Positions 27,977 to 37,645 of a stretch of DNA of 59,132 nt are shown here, piece after piece. The stretch comes from an uncultured Methanosarcinales archaeon. GTDB taxonomy: Archaea; Nanobdellota; Nanobdellia; Woesearchaeales; CAYZNE01. The notes beneath the pieces are model-generated. The model was not told the DNA's origin, did no database searches, and saw nothing but the letters and a program-made list of their open reading frames with translations. The translations under genes were made by a program, and so were the position numbers. The stretch is from assembly GCA_964405295.1 (NCBI GenBank), contig CAYONI010000002.1, forward strand, positions 1-59,132, read 5' to 3'. Within the stretch, counting starts at the first letter, position 1; every line of letters begins with the position of its first letter.

Positions 27977-29611
27977 TTATTCATTTTCAGCAAGTTCAAC
28001 TCGAAGCTCAGTTATTGAAATATCTGCTGTATCTGGAACTAATTCAACAGAGTTAGATCCAGGGAAAACATACGTATCAATATTGAATTCATATAATGAA
28101 TCTCTAGTTGAAACATGTTTTCTATATCCGTTAATCCAAACTGTTAATTCTTTATAGTCATTATTATTAAATCTCAGTCTTACATCAACATTATATTTTC
28201 CTTGTAATTCTGCTTCACCAAAATAATCGTTTCCAGTGTCTTCATCATATTCACATATTTCGTCTTTAACCATGCTTTCTAATTGGATAGAATTATATAA
28301 TTCATAGTTGCCTTCACAAGTTTTTCCACTATTACAGTTCCAGCCTGTATCATCAACAATATCCTCTGTTTTAATAAGTATACTTCTATCATCTTCATCA
28401 CAGAAATATTTAAATTCGTCATCATCAAGTTCTTCACATAAAGCGTTTCTTACAGTGCTATCTGTTTTAGGATTATAATATCTTCTGAAGTTTCCATTAC
28501 AATCTTCGTCATTATCACAGTCTATTTCTGTATCAATACTTTCTCCTTCATGTTCAAGATAAATGCTCGCTTCATCAATTCCACAAAAATATTTGTAGTC
28601 TGCTTCGTCATTGTCTTCTTCTTCTTCATAGAAGTATTTATCTTCAAGATCAAAATAATAAACAGGGAATATTTGGTCTTTTAACTTGGTCTTCACTCTT
28701 GGCTGATCAATTAGGTACGTTCCTTTATCTGTTTTAAATCCTAATGTATTTTTTCCTGAGCTTATATCAAAAGTGTCTAGAATAACATAGTTTTGAACAC
28801 CACAATCAGGAACTGCAGAGTAAATTTTTCTGTTATTAAGATAAACATTTAATTTTCCTACGTCATTTATTGTACAATCAGGTATAAAAAAGAATGTTGC
28901 TTGATCTATATTTACATATTCAACATCTGTAATTGCAAAATCTATGCTTGCAGAGTCTTTAGAAATATCTTCTATCTCACCGAGAATATTAACATCTACA
29001 AGTTGATATTCGTTAATTCTCCAAAATGCCCAAGTTGGTCTATAAAGATAGAATAATAGAGTATTATCTTCTTTTAGAGCTGAACTTGGAAGTTCAATTG
29101 CTGGAGGACTAGTATATTTCATTTCTCCTGCAAATATTTCTTGCCCATTAAGATAGAGCATAAGCACTCCTGAAGCCGTTTCAACATTAAAGCTAAGTTT
29201 TAAGTTGTTAGAATGATCTGGATCTATTTCAAATTCTATAGTTGGGAATTTTTTTGTGAAAATAGAATTTCTGATATATAATGAATTTTTGTTACTAATC
29301 ACTTCTGCATTTATCTGTGTGCTAACTGTAACTGCAGACATTTCGTGGTTTTTTTCTGAAAATGGCATTTTCACGAGTCTACCAATATTTTCTTTTATCA
29401 ACGTTTCAGTTTCAAATGTTGAACTTCCTGTTAACGTTCCTCCGTTGTCATCATCTATATCATCTCCATCAAGTAATCTTTGTCTTTCAACAGGTGGAAC
29501 AGATAGCAAATAGAAAATTATTATTGCTGCAATTATAACCAACATTACAGCTGAACTTCCTGCAGCTGGTTCGTCTCCTTTTTTAGATTTTGAAATAATT
29601 TTTGAACGCAT
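27977..29611 (-). CDS. Class III (pilin-like) signal peptide protein with beta-sandwich repeats and a duplicated Cys module
   Basis: SKSKKG|DEPAAGSSAVMLVIIAAIIIFYLL; repeated LNG..I / N.L.F strands. Confidence 0.7.
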   Translation of the reverse strand: MRSKIISKSKKGDEPAAGSSAVMLVIIAAIIIFYLLSVPPVERQRLLDGDDIDDDNGGTLTGSSTFETETLIKENIGRLVKMPFSEKNHEMSAVTVSTQINAEVISNKNSLYIRNSIFTKKFPTIEFEIDPDHSNNLKLSFNVETASGVLMLYLNGQEIFAGEMKYTSPPAIELPSSALKEDNTLLFYLYRPTWAFWRINEYQLVDVNILGEIEDISKDSASIDFAITDVEYVNIDQATFFFIPDCTINDVGKLNVYLNNRKIYSAVPDCGVQNYVILDTFDISSGKNTLGFKTDKGTYLIDQPRVKTKLKDQIFPVYYFDLEDKYFYEEEEDNDEADYKYFCGIDEASIYLEHEGESIDTEIDCDNDEDCNGNFRRYYNPKTDSTVRNALCEELDDDEFKYFCDEDDRSILIKTEDIVDDTGWNCNSGKTCEGNYELYNSIQLESMVKDEICEYDEDTGNDYFGEAELQGKYNVDVRLRFNNNDYKELTVWINGYRKHVSTRDSLYEFNIDTYVFPGSNSVELVPDTADISITELRVELAENE

Positions 29612-29717
29612 ATTAGCACCTCAACATATTAAAATAGTATATTACTAAGTATATTGATTGATTTTTGGTTTGAATCTTTTTAAATATTCCTGTTTTTATA
29701 GAGAATTTCTTTATAAA

Positions 29718-30140
29718 TTAACATATTTGTTTGAAATATGTGTCAGCTTGACTTAGATAGTCTAAAAGTATATCAGGGAATAGAACTGATTTCATAATTT
29801 TAACTTCTTCTGAAGTTACCCAAGTAAAATTTGAATGTTCTTTAGAAAGCATAACCTTATTAGATGTTGTTTTAATAAGAAAAACATGACATTTGCTTTC
29901 AAAATTTTCTTTTTTCATGTTTAATAGAGGTAATTCTTTAATAATTTGGCAATCTAATCCTGTTTCTTCTTTAATTTCTCTTAATATTGCTTGTTCTGGT
30001 GTTTCGTTTTCTTCTATCTTACCACCAGGAACTTCCCACTTACCTTTATTGTTATCACTAATGTCATCTTTGATTTTCTCTAGAAGTAAATATTTATTAT
30101 TAAATTCTATAATTGCTTTAGTAATATATAATCTTATCAT
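29718..30140 (-). CDS. NUDIX hydrolase (MutT-like)
   Basis: PGGKIEENETPEQAILREIKEETGL NUDIX box. Confidence 0.92.
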   Translation of the reverse strand: MIRLYITKAIIEFNNKYLLLEKIKDDISDNNKGKWEVPGGKIEENETPEQAILREIKEETGLDCQIIKELPLLNMKKENFESKCHVFLIKTTSNKVMLSKEHSNFTWVTSEEVKIMKSVLFPDILLDYLSQADTYFKQIC

Positions 30141-31096
30141 TTAACTCTAACTTTTTTTTCATCAAGCTTTGCTAAGTGTGTAAGTGTCTTCCCAAGCAAA
30201 CCTTCTTTTGCGCCAAATTTCTGAATTGTGTGTTCAGCATTAATCATGCCCATTTTCATAGAGAAATCAATTGTGTGCTTCTTTATTATTCCTAAAATAA
30301 ATCCTGATGCAAAGGCATCGCCTGCGCCTGTTGATTCTTTAACTTCAATATTATTTGCTTTTAAGAAATAGGTTTTACCATCATGGTAGGAATAAGCACC
30401 TTTTTTACCTGCGGTGATTACGACAATACCATCAAAAACTATTTTTTTCTTTAATAATCTAAGATTTTCAAGAATATTTGCGTTATTTGTTAGTAATTCT
30501 GCTTCTTCATTGTTTAATATTAAGCAGTAAGTGTTTTTTAGTATTGGTCTAAGGTATGTTAAACCTTTTTTAGTCATGTATGAACTTGGATTAAAGCAAA
30601 TTTTTGCTTTTTTCTCTGCAATCTCTTTTGCGATACCAAACATTTTTTCTGTTACACTTGCAATGTAAAACCATTTGGCTTTTAACCTTTTGATTTGTTT
30701 TTTATCAATGGGAATTTTGTCGTTGCAGCCTTTATACACGAGTGCAGTTCTATCATTGTTAGCATCAAGAATTACTGAATAACCAGTTTTCCCATGAATC
30801 TTTCCTAAAAACTTTATTTTATGCTGTTTTAATTCTTTTAGGATCAATTCTCCGTTATGATCTTCGCCAATATTACCTAGGAACGCAGTTCTCAAGCTAC
30901 TTTTTGCAAAAGTTACTGCGGTATTTGTTCCGCCACCACCTGTATGGTGATTTAATTCTTGAATTAATATTTTACTTCCTAATGGAAAAGAAATATATTC
31001 TTGTTGATCTTTTTTTGTTCGAACTTTTAATGTTTTGACATCTGTATTAACAAAAACATCCATTGTTGAAGAGCCTATTGTTATTATATCAAACAT
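30137..31096 (-). CDS. PfkB-family carbohydrate kinase
   Basis: GGGGTNTA, NNEEA and STGAGDAFASG. Confidence 0.92.
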   Translation of the reverse strand: MFDIITIGSSTMDVFVNTDVKTLKVRTKKDQQEYISFPLGSKILIQELNHHTGGGGTNTAVTFAKSSLRTAFLGNIGEDHNGELILKELKQHKIKFLGKIHGKTGYSVILDANNDRTALVYKGCNDKIPIDKKQIKRLKAKWFYIASVTEKMFGIAKEIAEKKAKICFNPSSYMTKKGLTYLRPILKNTYCLILNNEEAELLTNNANILENLRLLKKKIVFDGIVVITAGKKGAYSYHDGKTYFLKANNIEVKESTGAGDAFASGFILGIIKKHTIDFSMKMGMINAEHTIQKFGAKEGLLGKTLTHLAKLDEKKVRVK

Positions 31097-31494
31097 TTTA
31101 TTAAATCCTCAAATAATAATCCTTTTATCTTTGCATCTTTTAAATTTATTGCAAAATTCTTACCTGTTTCATTTAAATCATGAATAGGAAAAAAATACCA
31201 AGGTTCTTTATCAAACTTAACTGCAACCCAAGGTTCAGAACCAAACTTATCACAAAAGTATTGTAGTTCTATAATTTCTTTTTGTGCAAAATATTTTGTG
31301 GTGCTGCTAGCAGTAAACTTTGCTTCAATCGCAATTTTTTTATTTGCATTACCAACAAGGATGTCAGGACAAGGATATTGTGTAGAACCAGAACCTGCAG
31401 CTCTCATTGCAGCCCAACCTGCTTGCCAGAACATGTTGATTAATTCTCTTTCTGCTTTGCTGCCCTTAGCTTTATTCTGTCGCATACTTGCCAT
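31084..31494 (-). CDS. hjc: Holliday junction resolvase Hjc
   Basis: KGSKAEREL, RAAGSG, PDIL and IEAK. Confidence 0.93.
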   Translation of the reverse strand: MASMRQNKAKGSKAERELINMFWQAGWAAMRAAGSGSTQYPCPDILVGNANKKIAIEAKFTASSTTKYFAQKEIIELQYFCDKFGSEPWVAVKFDKEPWYFFPIHDLNETGKNFAINLKDAKIKGLLFEDLIKCLI

Positions 31495-31579
31495 GTTACT
31501 TATTTAATATTAAGAATTAATAAAGTTTGTTAAAAAAATAAGAAAAAAGAAAAATAACTTTTTTGGTCATCTAGCAAAG

Positions 31580-33391
31580 CTAGATATATCCGCCCTTCTG
31601 GATCTCCCAAAGTTTCTTATATATCCCTTTCTTAAGTTTAATAAGGTCATTATGTGTTCCCATTTGGGTTATTTTTCCTTTCTCAATAACTACGATTATA
31701 TCTGCAGTCATGATTGTTGAAAGTCTATGGGCTATTATAATACTTGTTCTATCTTTCATCAACTTTTCAAGATCTTTTTGAATTTCGTGTTCTGTTTCAG
31801 AATCCAAAGACGATGTTGCTTCATCTAGCACAAGGATTTTCTTATCTGCAAGAATCGCTCTCGCTATCGAAACTCTTTGTTTTTCTCCACCTGAAAGCTT
31901 AACTCCCCTTTCACCAACAACAGTATTTTCTTTTCGCGGAAACAAATTTATTATTTTGTCAAGTTGTGCAAACTTAATAGCTTCCAGAACTTGTTTTCTT
32001 GTTGCGGTAGGATTTGAAAATTGAATATTGTTGTAAATAGTATCATCAAATAAAACACATTCTTGTGGTACAATACTTAATTCAGATCTCAGAGATTCTT
32101 GTTTGAAGTTTGTAATATTTTTCCCATCAATCAGAATTTCTCCTGTTTGTAAATCATACAGTCTGTAAAGTAGTTTAACTATTGTAGATTTTCCTGAACC
32201 TGAACTTCCAACTAATGCAATCTTTTTATTCTTTGGAATCTTTAAACTAAAATTTCTCAAAATCTTTCTTGTGTCGTATTGGAAAGTAATATTCTTGAAT
32301 TCTATTGAAGGATTTTTTATTACTAACTTTTTTGCATTAGGCAAATCCTTAATTTCATTCTCTATCTTTGCATATTGAAATAGGGATTGAAAATCTGCCA
32401 TTGACCTGTAATAATTTCTTATTCCATGAACAAAACTATATAGTGGATACATCAGGTTACCATAAATGGTGTATATGAAAACTAAACTTCCAATTGTCAT
32501 CCCTCCATCTAGGAATTTCATTAGTGGAAAATAAAGTAATAGTAATAATGCAAATTCAGTAATTATGCCTTGTCCTGCATCAAGCCATCTAAAATAGTTC
32601 CATTGTTTCATCATATACTTTTTTGAGTTCTCAGCAAGTTTTGCATATCGTGCCTTTATGTTGCTCTCTTTTCCAAAGTGTTTGATTGAATCAATGTTGG
32701 TATAGACATCACTAACGTTTGCTTTTTCAAAGTCTTCAACTTCGTTTAGTTTAATACGAGACCACTGTTGATAATTGTTTATGTAGTATCCGTATGCAAT
32801 AAAAATTACAACTGCAACTAACACAACTGTTGCAGATAGCAAATCAAAATATAATAATGTTCCTGTTGCAAGCACAACCTGTATTAACAATGGTGCAAAA
32901 CTGAAAACAATAACATCAGTCATTCTTTCCATGGAACCACCACCTCTAATTAATCTAGAGATTAATGACCCTGTTTTATGAGTTGTGTGAAAATTATGAG
33001 ACAAATGAACTATGTGATTGAAAAATTTCTTTTTCAAATCAAGTATTAATTTACCGTCTAACAGGTTAATAAAATGAATAAATAGCCATCTGATTACTGC
33101 TTTCAATAATAACAATACTATGAATGCTATTGCTAGGAATATTAATGTGTTCATAAAATCTGCTCTAAGAAGTGTCCCAAATGCAAATTCTGTTCCACCA
33201 TCAATAAAAAGTTTAAAGATATATTTGTCAACTACTTTGAAACTTTCTTTTAGAAACACTAAAAATAATAGCGCTATAAATATCCAAATGTGTTCCTTTA
33301 GCATATTCCAGTAAAAATTAAGATTATACTTAAAGTCAATTTTCTTTTTGTAATCTTTCCTATTCTCTTTCTGGTTTTTTTTAGTTGACAT
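31580..33391 (-). CDS. ABC exporter (fused TMD-NBD, ATM1/MsbA-like)
   Basis: TM domain plus GSSGSGKST, LSGGEKQR, LDEATSSLD and AHRLST. Confidence 0.93.
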   Translation of the reverse strand: MSTKKNQKENRKDYKKKIDFKYNLNFYWNMLKEHIWIFIALLFLVFLKESFKVVDKYIFKLFIDGGTEFAFGTLLRADFMNTLIFLAIAFIVLLLLKAVIRWLFIHFINLLDGKLILDLKKKFFNHIVHLSHNFHTTHKTGSLISRLIRGGGSMERMTDVIVFSFAPLLIQVVLATGTLLYFDLLSATVVLVAVVIFIAYGYYINNYQQWSRIKLNEVEDFEKANVSDVYTNIDSIKHFGKESNIKARYAKLAENSKKYMMKQWNYFRWLDAGQGIITEFALLLLLYFPLMKFLDGGMTIGSLVFIYTIYGNLMYPLYSFVHGIRNYYRSMADFQSLFQYAKIENEIKDLPNAKKLVIKNPSIEFKNITFQYDTRKILRNFSLKIPKNKKIALVGSSGSGKSTIVKLLYRLYDLQTGEILIDGKNITNFKQESLRSELSIVPQECVLFDDTIYNNIQFSNPTATRKQVLEAIKFAQLDKIINLFPRKENTVVGERGVKLSGGEKQRVSIARAILADKKILVLDEATSSLDSETEHEIQKDLEKLMKDRTSIIIAHRLSTIMTADIIVVIEKGKITQMGTHNDLIKLKKGIYKKLWEIQKGGYI

Positions 33392-33455
33392 TTTAATATA
33401 CTACCCTCTATCTGCCAAAATGTTCTATGAGAATCCTCGTCTATTTTTAAATTTT

Positions 33456-33493
33456 ATTGCAATTTAAGACTATTTCTGCAATTAAATTGCAAT
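33456..33493. promoter_or_regulatory. Perfect 12-bp inverted repeat upstream of the ABC exporter promoter
   Basis: ATTGCAATTTAA-N14-TTAAATTGCAAT, next to minus-strand TATA-like TTTAAAAA (33444-33451). Confidence 0.5.
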
Positions 33494-33765
33494 GACCAAA
33501 AAATTCATTTTTTTTATGGTTATTAGAATTTGAGGTTATTTGAAACTATTTTTCGAGAAAAAGATTGTTTTCTTAGAAATAAGATAAATCGTCAATGTAG
33601 AAATCACTAAATTTAGAAAGCTCATGATCTGTGTCAAGAGACTCCATTATTAGCTTTTCTTTGTCAAAATATTTTTGTTCTATCTTTAATACCTCAATAG
33701 ATTAATATATATGTTGTAGGCAATAATGTCTTTTTAAATCTTATGAATTAGAAGATTTCCTGTTT

Positions 33766-34671
33766 TTAAAGCTTTAATTTCATAAAATCTTTTGCAGCTT
33801 CAACATTTTTGAAAACGTCTTTTGCATCTACAACAAGTTCTTTTACATTCTTATATCTTTGAGAGAAATGAGTTAGAATAAGTTTTTTTACTTTAGCTTT
33901 CTCTGCAATTTTTGCAGCATCGCGTGCAGTCATGTGTTTATATTGGGTTGCTAACTCCTGTAAATCATTTGCATAAACCGCCTCACTAATTAATAGGTCT
34001 GCATTCTTTGCAAGGTCAATTGCTTCTGTGCAGAAAACTGTATCAAGAATAAAGGTTATTTTCTTACCTTTTTCTGTGTAACTAATATGTTCTGGTTTTA
34101 TTTCTTTACCGTTAACTTTAACAATTTTGTTTTGTTGAATTTTTTGTAACCACTTGCCTTCTTTTAGTTTTAGTGACTTAACTTTTTTCATATCAATTTT
34201 TATTTTATCTTTAATTATGAAATTGTATCCTATACAAGGAACAGAGTGTTTTAAAGTATTACACTCAATTTTGTAATCATCATTTTCATAAACCGTTTCA
34301 ACTTTTTTTGGATTTAATTCATGAACTTTTATTCCAATTCTCAAATCATGAATGCAGGTTTTTAATAAATGATTCATTCTTTCCTTACTTTCTTTTGGAC
34401 CAAAAATTTCTAGAGTAAAATCTTTTTCAAGTGTACCCATTGTTTGTATTAAACCTATTAAACCTGAAACATGATCCCCATGCCAATGGCTAATTAAAAC
34501 TTTCTGAACTTTAAGCCTGTTTATTCCAGCTATGTTCATCTGTCTTTGGGTCCCCTCACCGCAATCAACAAGGATTCCTTCTCCTTTATGTTCGATGTGG
34601 ATACTTTGCACATTCCTTTGCTTCGTAGGTACCATTGATCCAGTTCCTAGGAAAGTTAAATTTATCACCAT
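33766..34671 (-). CDS. rnz: Ribonuclease Z
   Basis: FLGTG, DCGEGTQRQ, SHWHGDH, HMTA and THFSQRY. Confidence 0.95.
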   Translation of the reverse strand: MVINLTFLGTGSMVPTKQRNVQSIHIEHKGEGILVDCGEGTQRQMNIAGINRLKVQKVLISHWHGDHVSGLIGLIQTMGTLEKDFTLEIFGPKESKERMNHLLKTCIHDLRIGIKVHELNPKKVETVYENDDYKIECNTLKHSVPCIGYNFIIKDKIKIDMKKVKSLKLKEGKWLQKIQQNKIVKVNGKEIKPEHISYTEKGKKITFILDTVFCTEAIDLAKNADLLISEAVYANDLQELATQYKHMTARDAAKIAEKAKVKKLILTHFSQRYKNVKELVVDAKDVFKNVEAAKDFMKLKL

Positions 34672-34723
34672 TATTCTAGAAGAAAACAACTAAATTTATA
34701 AATATTTTTCATTTCTTACGTTT

Positions 34724-35413
34724 ATGCCAAAAATAAAGGAAAAAAAGACTGTAAAGAAGAAAGTTGCTAAAAAGGCTACAACTAAGAAAAAAACTAAAAT
34801 AGTAGCACAAGAAGGTGTAGCTATTAACGTTACTCTAGAGGAATCTATGCATCCTGGTGTTATACTTGAAGACGTAAAATCAAAAAAAGAAGTTTTAGAT
34901 GCTCTTTTTGCAGGTGAAAGAATTTTGGTAGAAAAAAGTGATTCTGCAAATGATTTATATAACCAAAGTAGATTTGGTATTTGGTTAGAAGATGGGAAAC
35001 TTCAATTATCTTTATTAGAAGCAATGTTCCTTTTTGAACGTGGTAGAATCAAAATCCTTGATGGAAGAAAAAAAGAAATTCCTCTTGAAAACTTCTTAAA
35101 AAAAGCTAAAAAGTTAGAACCAACTTTTTGGATAAGATACATTGTCTTCAAAGATATGAGAAACAGGGGTTATATTGTTAAAACTGCACTCAAATTTGGT
35201 GCTGACTTCAGAGTTTATGATAGAGGTGTAAAACCAGGAGATGATCATGCTCGATGGGTTGTGTATCCTGCACACGAAGGCTCAACTCTTACTTGGTACG
35301 AATTTGCAGCAAAAAATAGGGTTGCACACTCAACTAAAAAAAGACTCTTGATGGGAGTAGTTGATGATGAGAATGATGTAACTTACTACGAAATTCGTTG
35401 GATGCGACCATAA
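34724..35413 (+). CDS. endA: tRNA splicing endonuclease (catalytic subunit) with a Lys-rich N-terminal extension
   Basis: LSLLEA, RGYIVKTALKFGADFRVY, DHA and RVAHSTKK (Y/H/K triad). Confidence 0.93.
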   Translation: MPKIKEKKTVKKKVAKKATTKKKTKIVAQEGVAINVTLEESMHPGVILEDVKSKKEVLDALFAGERILVEKSDSANDLYNQSRFGIWLEDGKLQLSLLEAMFLFERGRIKILDGRKKEIPLENFLKKAKKLEPTFWIRYIVFKDMRNRGYIVKTALKFGADFRVYDRGVKPGDDHARWVVYPAHEGSTLTWYEFAAKNRVAHSTKKRLLMGVVDDENDVTYYEIRWMRP

Positions 35414-35441
35414 TTTTTTAAATCCTAGTTATATTCTATAT

Positions 35442-35523
35442 ATTGCGCTGTGACTTAGTGAACACCAGATGATTCCTCGTAAAACCAGGAAGATGATTAT
35501 AAAGAGTAACTGAGGAGCGCAAT
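35442..35523 (+). ncRNA. Candidate box C/D-like guide sRNA
   Basis: 8-bp terminal stem ATTGCGCT/AGCGCAAT; layout C-like GTGACTT, 12-nt guide, D' ATGA, hairpin, C' ATGATTA, 10-nt guide, D CTGA. Confidence 0.55.
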
Positions 35524-35605
35524 TTTTCTAATATTAACATTTCCCACACTCACTACGTAACATTTTTATATTTCTAAGGTAATAAACACTATAAGGGTGT
35601 TAAAC

Positions 35606-36175
35606 ATGGCTTTAACTGAAGATGATAAAAAACTCCTGCTTCATTTGGCAAGAGATGCGATGAACGCAGAACTTGATAGAAATGAGATTAATGATGAATT
35701 AATTAATGGAGTAAAAAAGTTTAATCTTAAGAAAGGAGTATTTGTAACTCTTACAAAGAACAATAGTTTAAGAGGGTGTATTGGTCAAATAATTCCTATT
35801 TTGCCAACATGGCAAGCAATAATTGAAGCAGCAAAGAGCGCAGCTTTTCATGATCCAAGATTTCCCCCTTTAGATCGTTCTGAACTTCCTTTTGTTAAAA
35901 TTGAAATTTCTATGTTATCTACTTTAGAAAAATTAGAAGTTAATAAACCAGAAGAATATCTTGACAAAATAGAAATAGGAAGACATGGTTTATTCTTAGA
36001 GTCTGCTTCAGGAAATGCAGGTTTACTTCTTCCTCAAGTTTTTACTGAGCATAAAGTAGATTCTTTACACGCTCTGCAAATGACTTGTCAAAAAGCAGGT
36101 TTGCCTGTTAATGCTTGGAAAAATCCTGATGTAATTTTTAGAACATTTGAAGCTGAAATTTTTCGTGAGAATTAG
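35606..36175 (+). CDS. amrA: AmmeMemoRadiSam system protein A (AMMECR1 family)
   Basis: GVFVTL, LRGCIG, DPRFPP, LLLPQV and CQKAG. Confidence 0.92.
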   Translation: MALTEDDKKLLLHLARDAMNAELDRNEINDELINGVKKFNLKKGVFVTLTKNNSLRGCIGQIIPILPTWQAIIEAAKSAAFHDPRFPPLDRSELPFVKIEISMLSTLEKLEVNKPEEYLDKIEIGRHGLFLESASGNAGLLLPQVFTEHKVDSLHALQMTCQKAGLPVNAWKNPDVIFRTFEAEIFREN

Positions 36176-36229
36176 ATTAACAAAACCTTTTTATATCATA
36201 ATTCTAAATATTAATATAAAGAGGTAAAT

Positions 36230-37465
36230 ATGGATTTAGTTACACAAATAATTATACTGGCTATTTTAGTATTTTTATCTGCAATTTTTTCTGGAACAGA
36301 AACAGCATTAATTTCTACTAATTTAGCAAAAGTTAAAGCATTGCTTAAACAAAAGAAGAAAGGTTCAAAAGCACTCTATAGATTAAAACAAAATCCGCAG
36401 AAATTAATAGTTACAATACTTATTTGTAATAATCTTGCTAATATTGGTGCAGCATCTTTTGCGGCTATTATTTTTACAGGGTTATTTGGTTCATCAGGTG
36501 TTGGTATTGCAACAGGAGTTATGACTTTTCTAATACTTGTTTTTGGCGAGATAACACCTAAGAGTATTGCTATTCATAATTCAGAAAAGGTTTCTTTGGG
36601 TGTTGCAAGGCCTTTGGAAATATTATCTTTTGTTTTGGCGCCACTAGTTTGGTTTTTTTGGATAATATCTAAATTTATTACTAATCTTTTTGGTGTTAAA
36701 AAAACTGATTCCCTTTCATCAGAAGAATTAAGAACAATAGTTTCCATGGGGAGGCAACAGGGGGTTCTAAAAAAAGAAGCTGCAGAAATGATGCATAAAG
36801 TTTTAACATTTAAGTTAACAAAAGTTACAGAGATTATGACTTCTCAGATTCGAATGGAAGTAATTGACGGAGATAAAAAGTTAAAAGACGTACTTACTTT
36901 TGTAACAAAGTCTCCTTATTCTAAATTTCCTGTTTATTTACATGATAAAGAAAATATTATTGGTGTATTAAGTGTTGATGATCTTTTAATTTATGTTAAG
37001 AATAAAAAGTTAAACACAAAAACGAGAACACTTGCAAAAAAAATAATGTTTATTCCTGAAACAAAACCTATTGACGAACTTTTAAGTGAATTTGAAGGTA
37101 TATCCATTCCCATGGCTGTCGTGGTCAATGAATATTCAAAAGTAGAAGGGATTGTTACATTAGAAGATGTTCTTGAAGAGATTGTCGGAGATATTTTTGA
37201 CAAGTCTAAAAGACATTCTGTTTTCATAAAAAAAGTTAAAAAAGATTTGGTTAGAGTTGATGCAAAAATAACTGTAGAAGAAATAAACAAGCTATTGCAT
37301 TTGGGTTTGCATGAAGGTCATTTTAGCACTTTAGCAGGATTTATAGAGAATCACTTTAAAAGAATTCCAAGGAAAGGAGAAATAGTTAGACTAAAAAAGG
37401 TTTCTATAGTAATAGATAGGGCAACAAAAAAAGGAATTCAAAGAGTTATGATAAAAAGACATTAG
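36230..37465 (+). CDS. CNNM/hemolysin-family protein (DUF21-CBS-CorC)
   Basis: FSGTETAL, FGEITPKS, a CBS pair, TLEDVLEEIVG and a CorC/HlyC C-terminus. Confidence 0.92.
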   Translation: MDLVTQIIILAILVFLSAIFSGTETALISTNLAKVKALLKQKKKGSKALYRLKQNPQKLIVTILICNNLANIGAASFAAIIFTGLFGSSGVGIATGVMTFLILVFGEITPKSIAIHNSEKVSLGVARPLEILSFVLAPLVWFFWIISKFITNLFGVKKTDSLSSEELRTIVSMGRQQGVLKKEAAEMMHKVLTFKLTKVTEIMTSQIRMEVIDGDKKLKDVLTFVTKSPYSKFPVYLHDKENIIGVLSVDDLLIYVKNKKLNTKTRTLAKKIMFIPETKPIDELLSEFEGISIPMAVVVNEYSKVEGIVTLEDVLEEIVGDIFDKSKRHSVFIKKVKKDLVRVDAKITVEEINKLLHLGLHEGHFSTLAGFIENHFKRIPRKGEIVRLKKVSIVIDRATKKGIQRVMIKRH

Positions 37466-37473
37466 AGAAGGTT

Positions 37474-37542
37474 AAATAATCCGCTGTTAAGTGAATTTTA
37501 CAAATGTAAGTGCGGTAAAAACGCTTAATAGAGAGGTTATTT
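37474..37542 (+). other. Long interrupted hairpin between convergent genes
   Basis: Stems AAATAATC/GGTTATTT, CTGTTAAGTG/CGCTTAATAG and TTTTAC/GTAAAA, with three G-U pairs. Confidence 0.5.
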
Positions 37543-37645
37543 GGTCTTATCTTCCGGAGAACGCTTGAAAAATATTGTTTGATAATAGAACGGGGTTTTA
37601 TTAGCACACAAAAAGTTTTACTTTTTTAGTGTTTCAAAGTTGTCG

